Origin: the human T2T-CHM13v2.0 reference genome, Homo sapiens
Strand: one strand, 5' to 3'
Assembly: GCF_009914755.1 (NCBI RefSeq)
Contig: NC_060942.1
DNA length: 64,000 bases
Shown here piece after piece: positions 30,571 through 43,351 of this stretch. Numbering within the stretch: the first letter of the stretch is position 1; every line of letters starts with the position of its first letter. The notes beneath the pieces were generated by a model, which saw only the letters and a list, made by a program, of their open reading frames with translations, was not told where the DNA came from and did no database searches. Made by a program: the position numbers and the translations under genes.

Positions 30571-30720
30571 GGCTTGGCATGGTGGCTCATGCCTGTAATC
30601 CCAGAACTTTGAGAGACTGAGGTGGAAGAACTGCTTGAGCCCAGGAGGGTGAGACCAGCCTAGGCAATACAATGAGACTCTGTTTCTACAAAAAAAAAAA
30701 AAAAAAAAGAGAGAGAGAGA

Positions 30721-30756
<36 letters not shown>

Positions 30757-30963
30757 AAATAGCCAGGTGCAGTGGTATGCACCTGTAAGTCCCAACTACT
30801 ATTTGTGAGGCTGAGGCAGAAGGATCACCCTGGAGTTTGAGGCTGCAGTGAGCTATGATAGCACCACTGTACTCCAGCCTGAATGATAGAGCAAGGCACT
30901 GTCTCTTAAAAAAAAAAGAGAGAGAGAGAGAGAGAAGAAAAAAGAAAATTAAAAAAAGAAAAA
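30571..30963 (+). mobile_element. AluJ with (GA)n expansions in both the linker and the tail
   Basis: Both arms present; TSD-like aaaacacaattt / aaaatacaattt. Confidence 0.92.
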
Positions 30964-31734
30964 TACAATTTTAACTATCTATACTAAAGAAAAGTTTAGT
31001 AAAATATATAACTCCAGATAATTCACACATGAATCTATATGATCTACTACTGCTTGTCTACCTGATCTTTTGCCTAAATCTTTGGATCTCTGAAACCAAC
31101 CTCTAGGGTTTCATGGCCTTAAGTTAAAAAGCTGTAATGCCACACTGAGAAAATTTGATAGGAGAAAGGACCAGTAGTGATACAAAAGTTACCCTGGTTA
31201 CCTGAGAGAAAGAATCAGCCTTTTATATGCACCTGTCCATTAGGCCTCATTTCAAAAACAACCTACGAACCTTAAGCTCAACACACACATAACTTCATTC
31301 TGCAGCTCTTTTCTTGCCAAGCCTGCTTTTCCTCCTGTGTTTTGTAGTACAGGTAAATATGTCTCCATCAGTCTTACCATTCAGATGCATGGATATTTTT
31401 TCCTCAAGTCATCCTCATATACCTTCCCCTTCCACAGACTATTGAACAGTATCTTGAATAGTTTATCTCCTAAAAGTCAGGTATCTGCTATTATGATTGA
31501 TCACAGATTAAATAACTTCTTAGGACACAAGGCTATATTTCTATATTTATTAGACAGAGTCCTATGATAATAACTTATACTACACTGATGTTTTACTTTT
31601 TTCCTTTCCCCTACTGGAAATGTACGATCTATGGAATTCTACATATTTATCTGCATCCTTTGAGGCTGGATGTGGGTAAGGACTCATGTTTCAAGCTGTT
31701 AAGTAATGTCTGGTTTCTTGAGTAATTATTTGTG

Positions 31735-32420
31735 TAGAGTTGAATTACCTAAAGAGCAGTCTGGCCTTTGCCCTCACCTACTGGGATGACCTCTGGGCCT
31801 CTGGAATGTCTTTACTTGTCTGGGGGCTTTGCTGCTAGACAGTCAAATAATGGAACTTATAATGGGGACTTTGGGTCACATATTAGGTTGGTGCAAAAGT
31901 TATTTTGGCAATTACTTTTATCAGTAACTGATGCAATTACAACAGCATCAGTTCCAACCTCTGGAAAAACTAACGATTATCCTGACCTCCAGGAGGGGCT
32001 GGAGAATAAAGGTCAGCCACAGGGGCAATATGTGATTCAGCTCCAATAAAAATTCTGAATACCAAAGGCTTCCCTGGTTGGCAATCCTCTGTATGTATTG
32101 TCACACTTTGTGGCAGAGAGGAGGTAACACCATCCTTGACTCCAGGGAGCAAAGGATGAACGGAAGCTCCGTATTTAGACCCTTCCTGGACTCGGTGCTA
32201 TATGTTTCCCCTTGGCTAATTTTAATTTATATTCTGTTACTATGATAAAACTAATTATAGACAGCACTTTTCTGAATTTCGTGAGCTTTCTAGCAAATTA
32301 TTGAACCTCAGGGTACTTGTGGGACCCCTAAATTTGTAGCCAACTGGTGTCTGAAGTGAGGGCAGTCTGGTGGGGACTGTGCTCTCTGGCTGTGCAGTTT
32401 TTTTAACTTCTGGATGTTAT
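31735..32420 (+). mobile_element. MER21-like LTR containing a MADE1 fragment (~31881-31919)
   Basis: tctggcctttgccct...ggaatgtc, ggagaataaaggtcagccac and gaagtgagggcagtct match recalled MER21; tattaggttggtgcaaaagt is a mariner TIR. Confidence 0.7.
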
Positions 32421-32824
32421 GGGTACAGGGCCTACCACATGCCAAGACGACAAAAGCTGAGCATACGAATATCTTTAAACTAGGGGTGCAAATTATGGTA
32501 CTACATTTTATTACCTCATAACTTCTGATAATATTTCCAGCACAACATACATCACCTGCCTGTCTCCCATCATAGAGGTAATAGTTATGGTGTTGTGAGA
32601 GGAACCTGCTGAAATGGGGAGTTTTTTGTTGTTGTTCTATGTGCCTGAGTAAAGTGCCCCTTGTAAAGGTAAGCCTGATTTACTAATGAACATTTTGAGA
32701 AGGACTTGATATATTGCTTGCATTCTGTCTACCTTTTAACTTCAGAAGTCACTTGATCACAAAGTTTTGGGCCTTTATTGGGCCTTAATTCCCCTTGATT
32801 TATCTTAATTTTTTCATTTCATTT

Positions 32825-33118
32825 TAATTTTTTTGAGACAGGGTGTCACTCTGTTACCCAGGTTGGAGCGCAGTGGTGCTATCATAGCTGTCTGCAGTGT
32901 TGATTTCCTGGGCTCAAGCGATTCTCCTGCCTCAACCGCCTGAGTAGCTGAGATTACAGGTGTGTGCCACTATTCTTGGCTAATTTTTAAAAATTTCCAT
33001 AATGCTGAGGGTTCACTATGTTGCTTCGGCTGGTCTCAAACTCCTAGACTCAAGCGATCCTCATGCCTTAGCCTCTCCAGGTGATGAGATTGCAGGTGCG
33101 AGCCACCGCATCCAGCCA
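32825..33118 (-). mobile_element. AluJ
   Basis: gagacagggtgtcactctgttacccagg...gagccaccgcatccagcc. Confidence 0.92.
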
Positions 33119-34649
33119 CTTGATCTTAGTACCCAAAGAACAATGACAAACGCAAGGGCATCTGGGCACTTGTAGGGAGTGGTAATAATATCCTACTGCT
33201 TTATTGTTTACTGAGGGCTTTCAGGATATTTGTGTGTAGTGGGGTAGTGGGGGTTAGTAGAAGGGGGACCCATTATAATTCCAGGTGTGAAACTTAAAAG
33301 CTGAGTGATTATGAGAAAGTCTTGTTTAATATCTCTAAGTTTAAGCTTTCCAACTGCAACTGTAAAATTAAAAAAATGAAACCTTTGTGGCCTACCACAC
33401 TGGATTGCTTTATCAAAAAAAAAAAAAAATACTTATGCTCGAACCCTGAAAGATCAACTTAGAATTGCCAAAGCTGGGAAAAGAAGGATCCTTTATCTTA
33501 AAGTTGTTCTATTTCAGAATTCAACTCTAAACTTATGGGAAATAATGCAGAGATTTGAATCAAAAGCTAAAACTATTTCTACTAATTTTTTTTGCTTTGT
33601 ACATTCATTGTCTTTTTCCATAAAGTGTGTTTCACATTATAAAAATCAACAAAGGTTATTGAAAAACATTTTCATTATTCTATATAGTACTGAAAATGAA
33701 CATGACACTGTACAATAGTTTATATATTCCATTTCCTTTCTCTTTATAGCCTATTTCATTTTCTCTCAAACTGTTATTATTATCATGACACCCAAATTTG
33801 AGATATGCAGCTCCCTCAGGAAGTCAGGTATACATGTTCTCTATAAGCAAATAAATCAGACAGTGGGAGGGCTACCTGGGTAATGTTAACAATACTCCCC
33901 ACAGGACACTGCAAGTCATATTTGTGATATTTGTCAGAGCATCAGGGCCACATTCAAAAATCCTAACTTTAACAGGGAACACTTGGTGCTGTTACTTCTA
34001 TGGAAAACCACTGATAACTCACTAAAGACAAAGTAAGAGCTAGCTTGCCTCTCTCTGTCTCTCTCTCTCTATCTATCTCCCTATCTCTACCTCTCCTAAA
34101 AGGCTTAAACAAATAGAAATGAACTAGAAACGTATAGTAACTAAAAACAATTTCCTGGCTCTGGTGGAACACTTTAGGCTAAGATCTATGCTTATGAACA
34201 TTATAATCCTGTAGCTATCTCATTTATGCAACATTAAATTCATTTTTTATGAAAGCAGGACAAGGTGACCTTCTTGAAGGTAAGAACTCTCAAGTAAAAT
34301 TCATACTATTTAAAGGAAGGTGGACAGGACAACTGGAGGTCTTTTTAATTATATGAACAACCAAGATTTAAAAATATCTTATGCTATGTTTAGCAATGCT
34401 TAGCCCATTTTATGCGATTTGTAAAAATTCTTGATGATAGACACTGATATATAAATATATACTTATAATAACTTAATATTTTGTCGATGCCTTTAGTAAT
34501 GGTATAGGTGAGGCAATACCTATCAAGTCTTGGTAGTCCCAGTAACTCGCTTTCTCTCCTTGAAAACTTTTCTGATAAAAGAAACGGTGGCAATGTTTAG
34601 AAGTTGCATTTTAACACTGTCCCTCTTTCTTGTTTCTGTCTGTGGTTAA

Positions 34650-36735
34650 CAAAGCATATTAAAATGATGTTTATTATTCTGTCTCCTCTGTAAGGCTAAT
34701 ATGCTTCTCAGAGTTAAGGGATGTGCTTTACTGCAACAATCCTCAGTATCTAGAATAGTGTATTTAATGTAGCAGGAACTCAATATATATTCATTAATTG
34801 AACTAACAATTACCCCAGTCTAAACCCTTCCAATGTGAACTTTGGAGGTGCCATTTCTCGGTAAACAAGCTTAGCTATATTTTATCCTTATTTCAGAATA
34901 CTAGATACAACTGTTTGTATTAATTAAACCTGGGTCTGAATTACAGACTGCTACTTTATTAGGGACCCATATACTAGAAGGTTTAATTGCAGTTAGTGTA
35001 TACCTAGTTGTCCATTATTGCTTCCAAACCATTATTCCTCCATGCTTATGTGAAAATACTCCTGTTATGAATTTATATAGATTAAATAATAAAATACTCT
35101 GCCTTCTCTCACCTATTGCCCTGCCACTCAATGGTCTCCTGGTCATTTTCCACACTAAAGCAAAGGCTTTGGCCCATGGTACTCAGTCTTCTCTTCCTGT
35201 CTATCTCTTGTTCCACCTATCATACTCTTTTACTTCAGTATCTATTGTGATGACTTATCCAACATTTTAATCTTAGAATTTATGGGATTACTCAAATCAA
35301 GTTAACTTCAATTACACATTCCATTAACCATTCATACCCATGGACACCATTCTAACTTGTTGTCATCTGGAATGATGCCACCTCTGAAGTTTCAAACTCC
35401 TATACTTCGTTTTTTAATTACAACCTCTGAGTCTTTTGTTGCCGCTATTCTTACTCCCTTTTCCATCTCATAATCACCCAACCAGGGCTGTGTCTTGATA
35501 TTTCTTCTCCAAGGTTCCTGTATTATTAAAGATTTCCTGAAGCCTCTGATGCAATGCATATGCTTATAATTTCTGCAACCGTATTCTGTTAACTGAATTT
35601 CAGATTCAGTTAACAGATTTCAACTGGGCACTGTACTCAGCTCCTCCAAAGATACTTTACATTTGATTGAATCCAGTTCCAAATCTATTCCTCAATTTAT
35701 AGTTTCTGGTTTTGGATACCGACACCACAACTCTCCTGTTGTCAAAGTCAGAAACCTGATATATATATATTTGGACAATTCCTCTCACCATCAGCACCCA
35801 AAGACTCAACAAGTTCTGTCTACATTAACTCAAAAAAATCTGGAATTCACTCTTTCATCTCACTAGAACTTCATAATTTCACTTCTAAATTCTTCATTGG
35901 TATAGCTTCATCAAATATCGTTTTTCTGTCTCCAACTTATTACATGTAATCAATGACAGTGAACCATGTTTATGTCATGGAATGCATAGAAAAAGAAATT
36001 TTCACTTCATTGCACTGGGGTAATGGGACAAGGTTCTTTGATGGGAGAGGCTTCTAAGCCTAATCTCGAGCCATCCTTAGGCCATTCCCAACAACTCTAA
36101 GTGCTGACAAGATTAATGTTTCAGTCTACCAATAGCCTGTTAGTGCAACACTAATGCGAAACAGCAGTCCAGCGGAAACATCTGCGAAGTTTAGTGCGAT
36201 GTTTTTCAGCTGGAAGTGTAGCTTTGTTACCCTTCTGGTCAATTATTCATAACCTAGCACACAAACTCCTTAGTATGACATTCAGAGCCTTCATGACATG
36301 GTTCTTACCTCTATGTAGGACCTTTCTCCCTGCCTCTGATCTACAAACGCTATAAACCAACTGCAGTTCCCTAAATGCATGCTGATTTTCGACACTTGTA
36401 TGTCTTTCCTCCTAATGTTTTCACTACTTGAAGTATTCTTTTCTTGGCTGTCTTGTTCCCACTTTCCAAGATTTAGTTCTGCAATACTCATCTTCGCAAG
36501 TTTTTTTCAGATTTCCTGCAAGCCCCTCTTCCAGGTTCTAGAGAACTCTGTGCTTAATTCAAGAAAAGTACTTGTTACACCTTATTTTAATTGGCTTGTG
36601 CCTGTTTTTTTCACCTTTGCTTAGGGGGGCTAATTAAAAGCAGGTGTTGCCTTTGTAATACGCTCAGAATCTCACACAGATTCTGACAACACATGACTTC
36701 AAAATGAACAAATACATCGATGAATGAATGAACAA
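34650..36735 (+). mobile_element. Patchwork of L2 fragments, possibly with a short DNA-transposon insert near 35955-36220
   Basis: L2-like words and the terminal tgaatgaatgaa repeat at ~36721. Confidence 0.55.
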
Positions 36736-37199
36736 AAATCAATATAGTTTATCTTTTCCAAAGTAAACTGAAATATAAATTTTACTTTTTCACTTATTTA
36801 AGGAGTTGCGTCACTTCATTTGGACTTCCATTCAGCAAATGTTGATAATTTATTGTGTCCTAGACATTGTGACAGACCCTGGAAGGCTCACAGGAGTGAG
36901 GTATTATTCTGTACTTCAAAGCATTCACCAAGTGAAATGCAAACCAAATATTTAAGCAAATCCTGCATCACACAACATATAATACAATCTCTCCCTCAAT
37001 CCTGTCTCTTTCCCTTTTGCTGAAAAATATTTATTTCCGGTATTTAAAAGTTGCAAACAAATAAATTAAAACATTTACATTCCTTGATTACTAAAGCCCT
37101 TGAAAAAGTATTTCAAAGCTTCCCCTTTCCATGTACTTGCCCCTTTCATCTTTACATTTGATCTTCTGCCTTCACCAATGGACTGATGCCACTCTTTTT

Positions 37200-37720
37200 A
37201 TCAGTGATGCTCTCCCTAATGGCAAAGTTAAGAATATATAACTCAACACTTTGGCAATGTTTGGCACTTTTGAGCCCCTGTGGAGCTGAAACTCAAACCT
37301 CTGGACTGATGCGAATGTCTCTGGGTTAAAAGAACAGGCTCTGCCAGCCTGGAGCACAGACTTCAGAGGCGGGGCTTCAGTTGGCTGGCTCTGATGTCTT
37401 TGATGTGGGATGTGAAAAAATCAGTTCTGCAAGCGTTGCAAAAGCCGTGGGTTGTATTAAGGTGAAGCTGTGGGAAGGAACTGCTGCTCCCTAGGAAGAC
37501 GCTGACAAGAGCCACAAACAGACAGGAAGCTAAAGGAAGCAAGCAGTAAGGAACAAGTTTCTTTTTTCTCCTTAAATTTTCCAGTCTCCCTCTAGTGCCC
37601 CCTATTGGCAAAGCCTAACTTAGAGCCCGGTGACAAAGGAGAAACGTTGCAGAGCCCCCAACCGGTTTACCAAACTGAATAGAAAAGAGCTGAGAAACAA
37701 TAATGTATTGAGTAACATAT
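37200..37720. mobile_element. Old ERVL-class LTR fragment (LTR41-like)
   Basis: ccagtctccctctagtgccccctattggcaaagcctaac...gacaaaggagaaa resembles the recalled LTR41 consensus. Confidence 0.5.
37593..37611 (-). promoter_or_regulatory. CTCF-like motif TTGCCAATAGGGGGCACTA
   Basis: Close to the CTCF core TGGCCACCAGGGGGCGCTA. Binding is not shown by sequence alone. Confidence 0.55.
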
Positions 37721-37901
37721 CCAGATTCTGTCTTCAAATATTTTCTACTTTATTTCAAGGTTTTTATGTGTTCCCCTGGTTTCAACTATCAACGCAGTGG
37801 CTGACTCCCAGATCTTATACTCCATTCTTACTCCTTATCCCAAACTCTACCTCTGCAAGGTGAATTACTGGGTACATATTTCCACTTAAATAGTCTCTAC
37901 T

Positions 37902-38175
37902 GGCCGGGCGCGGTGGTTCACGCCTGTAATCCCAGCACTTTGGGAGGCCGAGGCAGGCGATCAAGAGGTCAAGAGATCGAGACCATCCTGGTCAACATGG
38001 TGAAACCCCGTCTCTACTAAAAATACAAAAATTAGCTGGGCGTGGTGGTGCGCACCTGTAATTCCAGGTACTCGGGACGCTGAGGCAGAAGAATCGCTTG
38101 AGCCCGGTGGGGCGGGGGTTGCAGTGAGCCGAGATCGCGCCACTGCACTCCAGCCTGGCAACAGAGCAAGACTCC

Positions 38176-38210
<35 letters not shown>
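37902..38210 (+). mobile_element. AluSc-like
   Basis: ggccgggcgcggtgg...gaggtcaagagatcgagaccatcctgg; ~30-nt pure A tail. Confidence 0.96.
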
Positions 38211-38215
<5 letters not shown>

Positions 38216-41200
38216 TACTATGTTAAAAACAGGTCATCTTTTAAGAAAATTCAGTCGTCAAAAGTTCTTTGTACTGAAAATGCCAGCAAAGCTGTTACCA
38301 GTCAACCAGGATGGCACCACCTCTTACCTTCTAATGTTTTCTTCACATGACACACGATTTGGCATTGGGCTCTGTGGGGTCTACATCCGCATTCCTATTC
38401 CATCAGTGCCTCATCACTTCTCTGACGACCAAATCACTTTTTTGTGACTTTTATCTGCAACTAGTGCCTACATTTCATTTCAGTTCATCCTGTATGATGC
38501 TCTCTAATTGATCTTGCTATACAGCTCATCTCTGAGCACATTACACTCCACAAAAAGTTTTCATGTCTCCCCCTGCAAATTAAGTGTAAACTTTTCACTG
38601 AGTCCTCACAATATATTCTTTACCTGTATTCTCAGCCTTATCTCTTATTGTGTATCACATTACTAATATAAAAGCACACTTAGATGGAAATTCCTAAATA
38701 ACCATTTTTGTATAGTTTCCTAATCATTTTTATAGGACATATTTTTAATGTTGAATAGTAGTAGATCATAGCATATATTCTTTTAGGAGGTTTTGAAAAC
38801 ATTGCAAAATTTCCATCTGGAAGGAATGGACAAATTCACATTTCCAATGCGGCTATTGTAACTCTGGATATTAGCATAATTTCCTCTTTTCCTATATTAA
38901 GGTATATCATTGTTGTATTAATTCAAGTCCTGAGATTATCAGAAATATTTATCAATTTAATATACATATTTGCTCTTATGAACTGAATTTTCATAGTTTC
39001 TGGAATATTTTGTATTGCTTTTTCATTTATAGACACTCAATAAATTAAAGATATTAGGTGCCACATATTTTGCAACTATTTTTCTTTTTCCAATGAGTCA
39101 TCTGCCTTTTAACTTTGTTTTTAAGTTTGCTTTCCTGTCACATAATTTTTCTTTTTTATTAGGCATTATCTTCATCTTAACTTATGCAGTAAATTATAAC
39201 TGCATTTGCCTTTCTTGTCTCTGCTTTATTGATATGCCTAGTAACTCGTTCACAAGCCAAGATAATTTACATAGTCATTGATTATTTTAGTAATATAATG
39301 ACTTCATTATCTTATTATTATTACTGTTATTATTAACTTTACAAGTAGGAAATAAAGACGTTATTATTTCCACTCTCGTTCTCTGAACCAGCAGTCTCAG
39401 TGATTCTTAACCCAGTAGCCTCAGTCAATCTTTTCAAACATAAGTCAGGACTTACCACTCCTCTGCTCAAAACCTGAAATATTTCTCCATTTCATTCTAA
39501 GTAAATGTCAAATTCCTTAAAAGGGTTCACATTATCTCTCTAGCCTCACCTATCATCCTCCTCATTGCTCCCTCTGCCCTACATTAGTTGGTGGCCTTAC
39601 TGTTTCTTGAACATATAGGCATGCTGCCAACTGAATAGTTTGTCTCTGGAATGTTCTTCTCTCAAATGTCTATAAGACTAACTATGATAGCTCTTTTAAG
39701 ACTCTATCCAACGTGGATTTTCAATGAGGTCTATGTAAGAGTTAGGGGAAGCTAACTTCTTGAACAAATAACCTCAAAATCCCAGTGGCTTCAGAGTTGA
39801 CACTAATGTGAAGGACACAAATAGAGATCTCCCTGAGCATGACAAAGGAAAACAAAAGATTTTTAATTATATAGAAAACAGAAAACAAAATATAGTCCAG
39901 GAATAGTGGTATCAAATTTTAAAAGTCAAAGCAAATGCAATGTAAATAATAGTGAAAGACAAAAATAGAACAAAAGTTTCCCAAACTCGAACTAAAAAAC
40001 CCTGAGTTCAAGATTAAATATTTCATATTTATTTGAGCAAAATGAAAAATTATTAATTTAAAATATACAAAGGCAACTTTTTGATATTGTAAATGAACAA
40101 AAATAGGAATGAAAGGTTATCTTTAAAGGCAATAAAAAAATACCTTCAGGGTTTCTCTCAACCAAACAAAATACCAATAAACGAATGAGCAAAATCTGTA
40201 GTTTTTGAAAAGAAATAATAATGACAACAATAGAACTGTTAATGTGATGTCCACTTATTTTGTACCAAAAACTGTTTTAAGTGCTCATGTTTACATGTTT
40301 AATTCTCACTAGAAGTCTCGAAGGCACATCTTGTAATTATTTTCTTTTACAGTTAAGGACTGAGATTGTGACATTAAAAAATTTATATACCACCATTTGT
40401 TGTTCATGAGTAAAGACAACTTGGAAAATGTATAAACTCAATTGCCTACTGGAAAGAAATCCCAAAATGTGTGGCTTGATCAACTAAGAGATGTATTGAT
40501 ATTAAAATCACTGAAGTGGGAGAGGTTATAGTTAAAAGAATTCTTAACAAATATGAAAATCCATTTACTATGTAGAATATTATAAAAATAATTATTGAAG
40601 ATATGGTTACAAAATTAAATGCAAAAGACTAAACACTTTCTGAAAGTGGAAATTTACATGGTAAAAACAATAACAGCATGTTAATGATAAGAAAGCCATA
40701 ATTCTTAGCACAATTAATTATGACCAGGAAACAAGGAGGGAGAAAGGATAACAGAAGAAAAGGGGCCAAATTGTTCATATTGTTGGAGTAAGGTAAAAGT
40801 TTTGATTTATGACTTTGATAATTAATACAAAATAGATTTAAGAATACCTTTAATTATTTTAAGCAAAAATATAACTAAAAGTGGAATGTCTCCATTTTCT
40901 ATTAACAGCAATAAAATTAAATGACAATAGTATACATACCAAAAAATAACAATGACAAAAGCAGAAAGCTATCACAGAAACTATTAAAATGACAGAAGCA
41001 AGAACCAATAAAACTATCATACAAATGAATCACTAAATAAGAGTGGGTTGAAAAAGCAAAATCACTCTAAATATTATTATATAAAGCTTACAGAAGGCAC
41101 ATCTAAAAAATAAGTCAGAAGAGTCAATAATAGAATGCAAAATTAAAGTACTGTAATACACAGAAAAGCAGGAGTTAATAGTATTAACTTTAAAATATTA

Positions 41201-41413
41201 CAAAAGAAAGCTGCCATTTTATAAAAAATTACAATCCAAAAGATCATTTAATAATTATAGCCTATTATATTCACTGAATATTAAGACCTGCAAATATATA
41301 AAGCAAAGCCCACAGAAATAAAACAAGTAGGAAATTCAACACACCATGAATAGTCTATGACAGATCAAGTAGACTGAAATATAAGAACTTTGAATATGTG
41401 GAATTTTAGTTAA

Positions 41414-41830
<417 letters not shown>

Positions 41831-42516
41831 TGACACCCTCCACTTTCAACCTGGGGAGATAAAAAAAGTTTTTTAAATAATGATTTATGTCAGCTATTTA
41901 TTTATTAATTGCATCCCCCACCCCCCAAAAAGGACTCAAGGCAGCTACATTCCCTAAATTGTAACTGGGTCAATGTGCAACTAAAAACATTAAATGCGAT
42001 CACTATATATTTAAATTGCCTAAATTGCATTCAGAGAATACTTGATCATTTGAAAAATTTGTTTTTAATTACTAAATGAGAAATAATGAACCAAAGTAGA
42101 CAACTCAAGTTGCTTTAAAGAAAGAATAACTTATGAAAGTCAATCAAAGGAAATAATAAAGAAAAAAGCTAAAATTAATCAATTAAAAAACAAAAAAGAA
42201 TATTTATAAATAAGAATTCAGAGTATGTGGAAAAACAAAATATAAAAATTTATCAAGGCTAATCAAGTAAAAAAAGAAAAGGCTAATGCACAAGAAAAGA
42301 AGTATGACTACATAAGCAGAAGAAGTAAAAAATTGTATTTCATATACCTTAATGATAATTAATCATAAATCTTGTTAAAATAATTTTTTTCTAGAAAAAT
42401 ATAGCTTTTCAACATTGACTCAAAAGGAATTAGTAAACACTGATCACACAAAACGGAAAAAAAAGAATATATTGTTAAATTTTTTCTTCAGAAAAGAGCC
42501 AAGCTCCAGTAATATC

Positions 42517-42923
42517 TGTTAGGAGCAATTCACCATGAATTCACCATACACTTCTTGTAACAGCTTCTATCTAGAACTCTCTTTTCAATGATGTTTGTAT
42601 AGCAAAGGTAATGTCTTCCTCCAAGGTAAAAGTTGGGTAAGTTTGCTAGAAGCCCCCTGATAAAATTGGGAGATTCCTACATTAAGGATTTGTCAGCTGT
42701 GATAAAAACCTCTGATATATGTAGCATCCACATGGACCACTTTCATATCACCCTTTGAGTCTTGAAGCCAAAGGAAACAGTTCATGCTGCCTGTTGTGTA
42801 GTAATAAAGTCCTTTGTCTCTCAGGCTGGAGTTTCATGTCTTCTGCTAGCATCTGTGAAACTATGGCAGGCTAACCAGTTAACTTGCCAGGGTAAAATCT
42901 CAGACCCTTCACATATCTTGATA
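42517..42923 (+). mobile_element. ERVL-class solo LTR (LTR40-like) inserted in the L1M
   Basis: Starts tgttagg, has aataaagtcctttgtctct, ends ggtaaaatctcagacccttcacatatcttgata; TSD atatc / gtatc. Confidence 0.65.
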
Positions 42924-43272
42924 GTATCGTGAGAGAATGTATCAAACCTTTAAGGAACTGAAATGCCCCATGCAATTTAACATAGAAAAAGAACTAAATA
43001 AACCTTCCTATTTCATTTTAAAAACTGTAGTAAATCTCTGTTCCAATATCTTTAAAAAAGTACAAAATAGAATTATAGACCAATAGATATTCTAAATTAA
43101 ATGTTTGTAAATTAAATCTAGTAATGTACTAAAAATTTAATAAACCATAGCCAATTAACGTATATTTAAAAATGCAATTTGATATTTGAAAACATAATTA
43201 TTTTAGTTGATCAAGAGAAAAATCTACATATTTTTGCTGTTACTCCACAGTGGGGTAAGGCATTGCAAAAGT

Positions 43273-43351
43273 GATAATATGATTTTCTCAGGGAACATTC
43301 ATTTTCCAGTGGGAATGGAAAATGAATGTTCCCTGAGAAAATCATAATATC
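43273..43351. repeat. Inverted repeat: perfect 31-bp arms with a 7-nt spacer (36 bp allowing one mismatch)
   Basis: 43278-43308 tatgattttctcagggaacattcattttcca is the exact reverse complement of 43316-43346. Confidence 0.98.

Noticed and set aside
31881-31919. MADE1 fragments (here and at 1686-1732) as miR-548-type hairpins
   Set aside because: Each retains only one full terminal repeat, so the long stem cannot form.
33241-33268. G-quadruplex
   Set aside because: Only three G-tracts. The G-rich run at ~55563 is ordinary L1 3'UTR.
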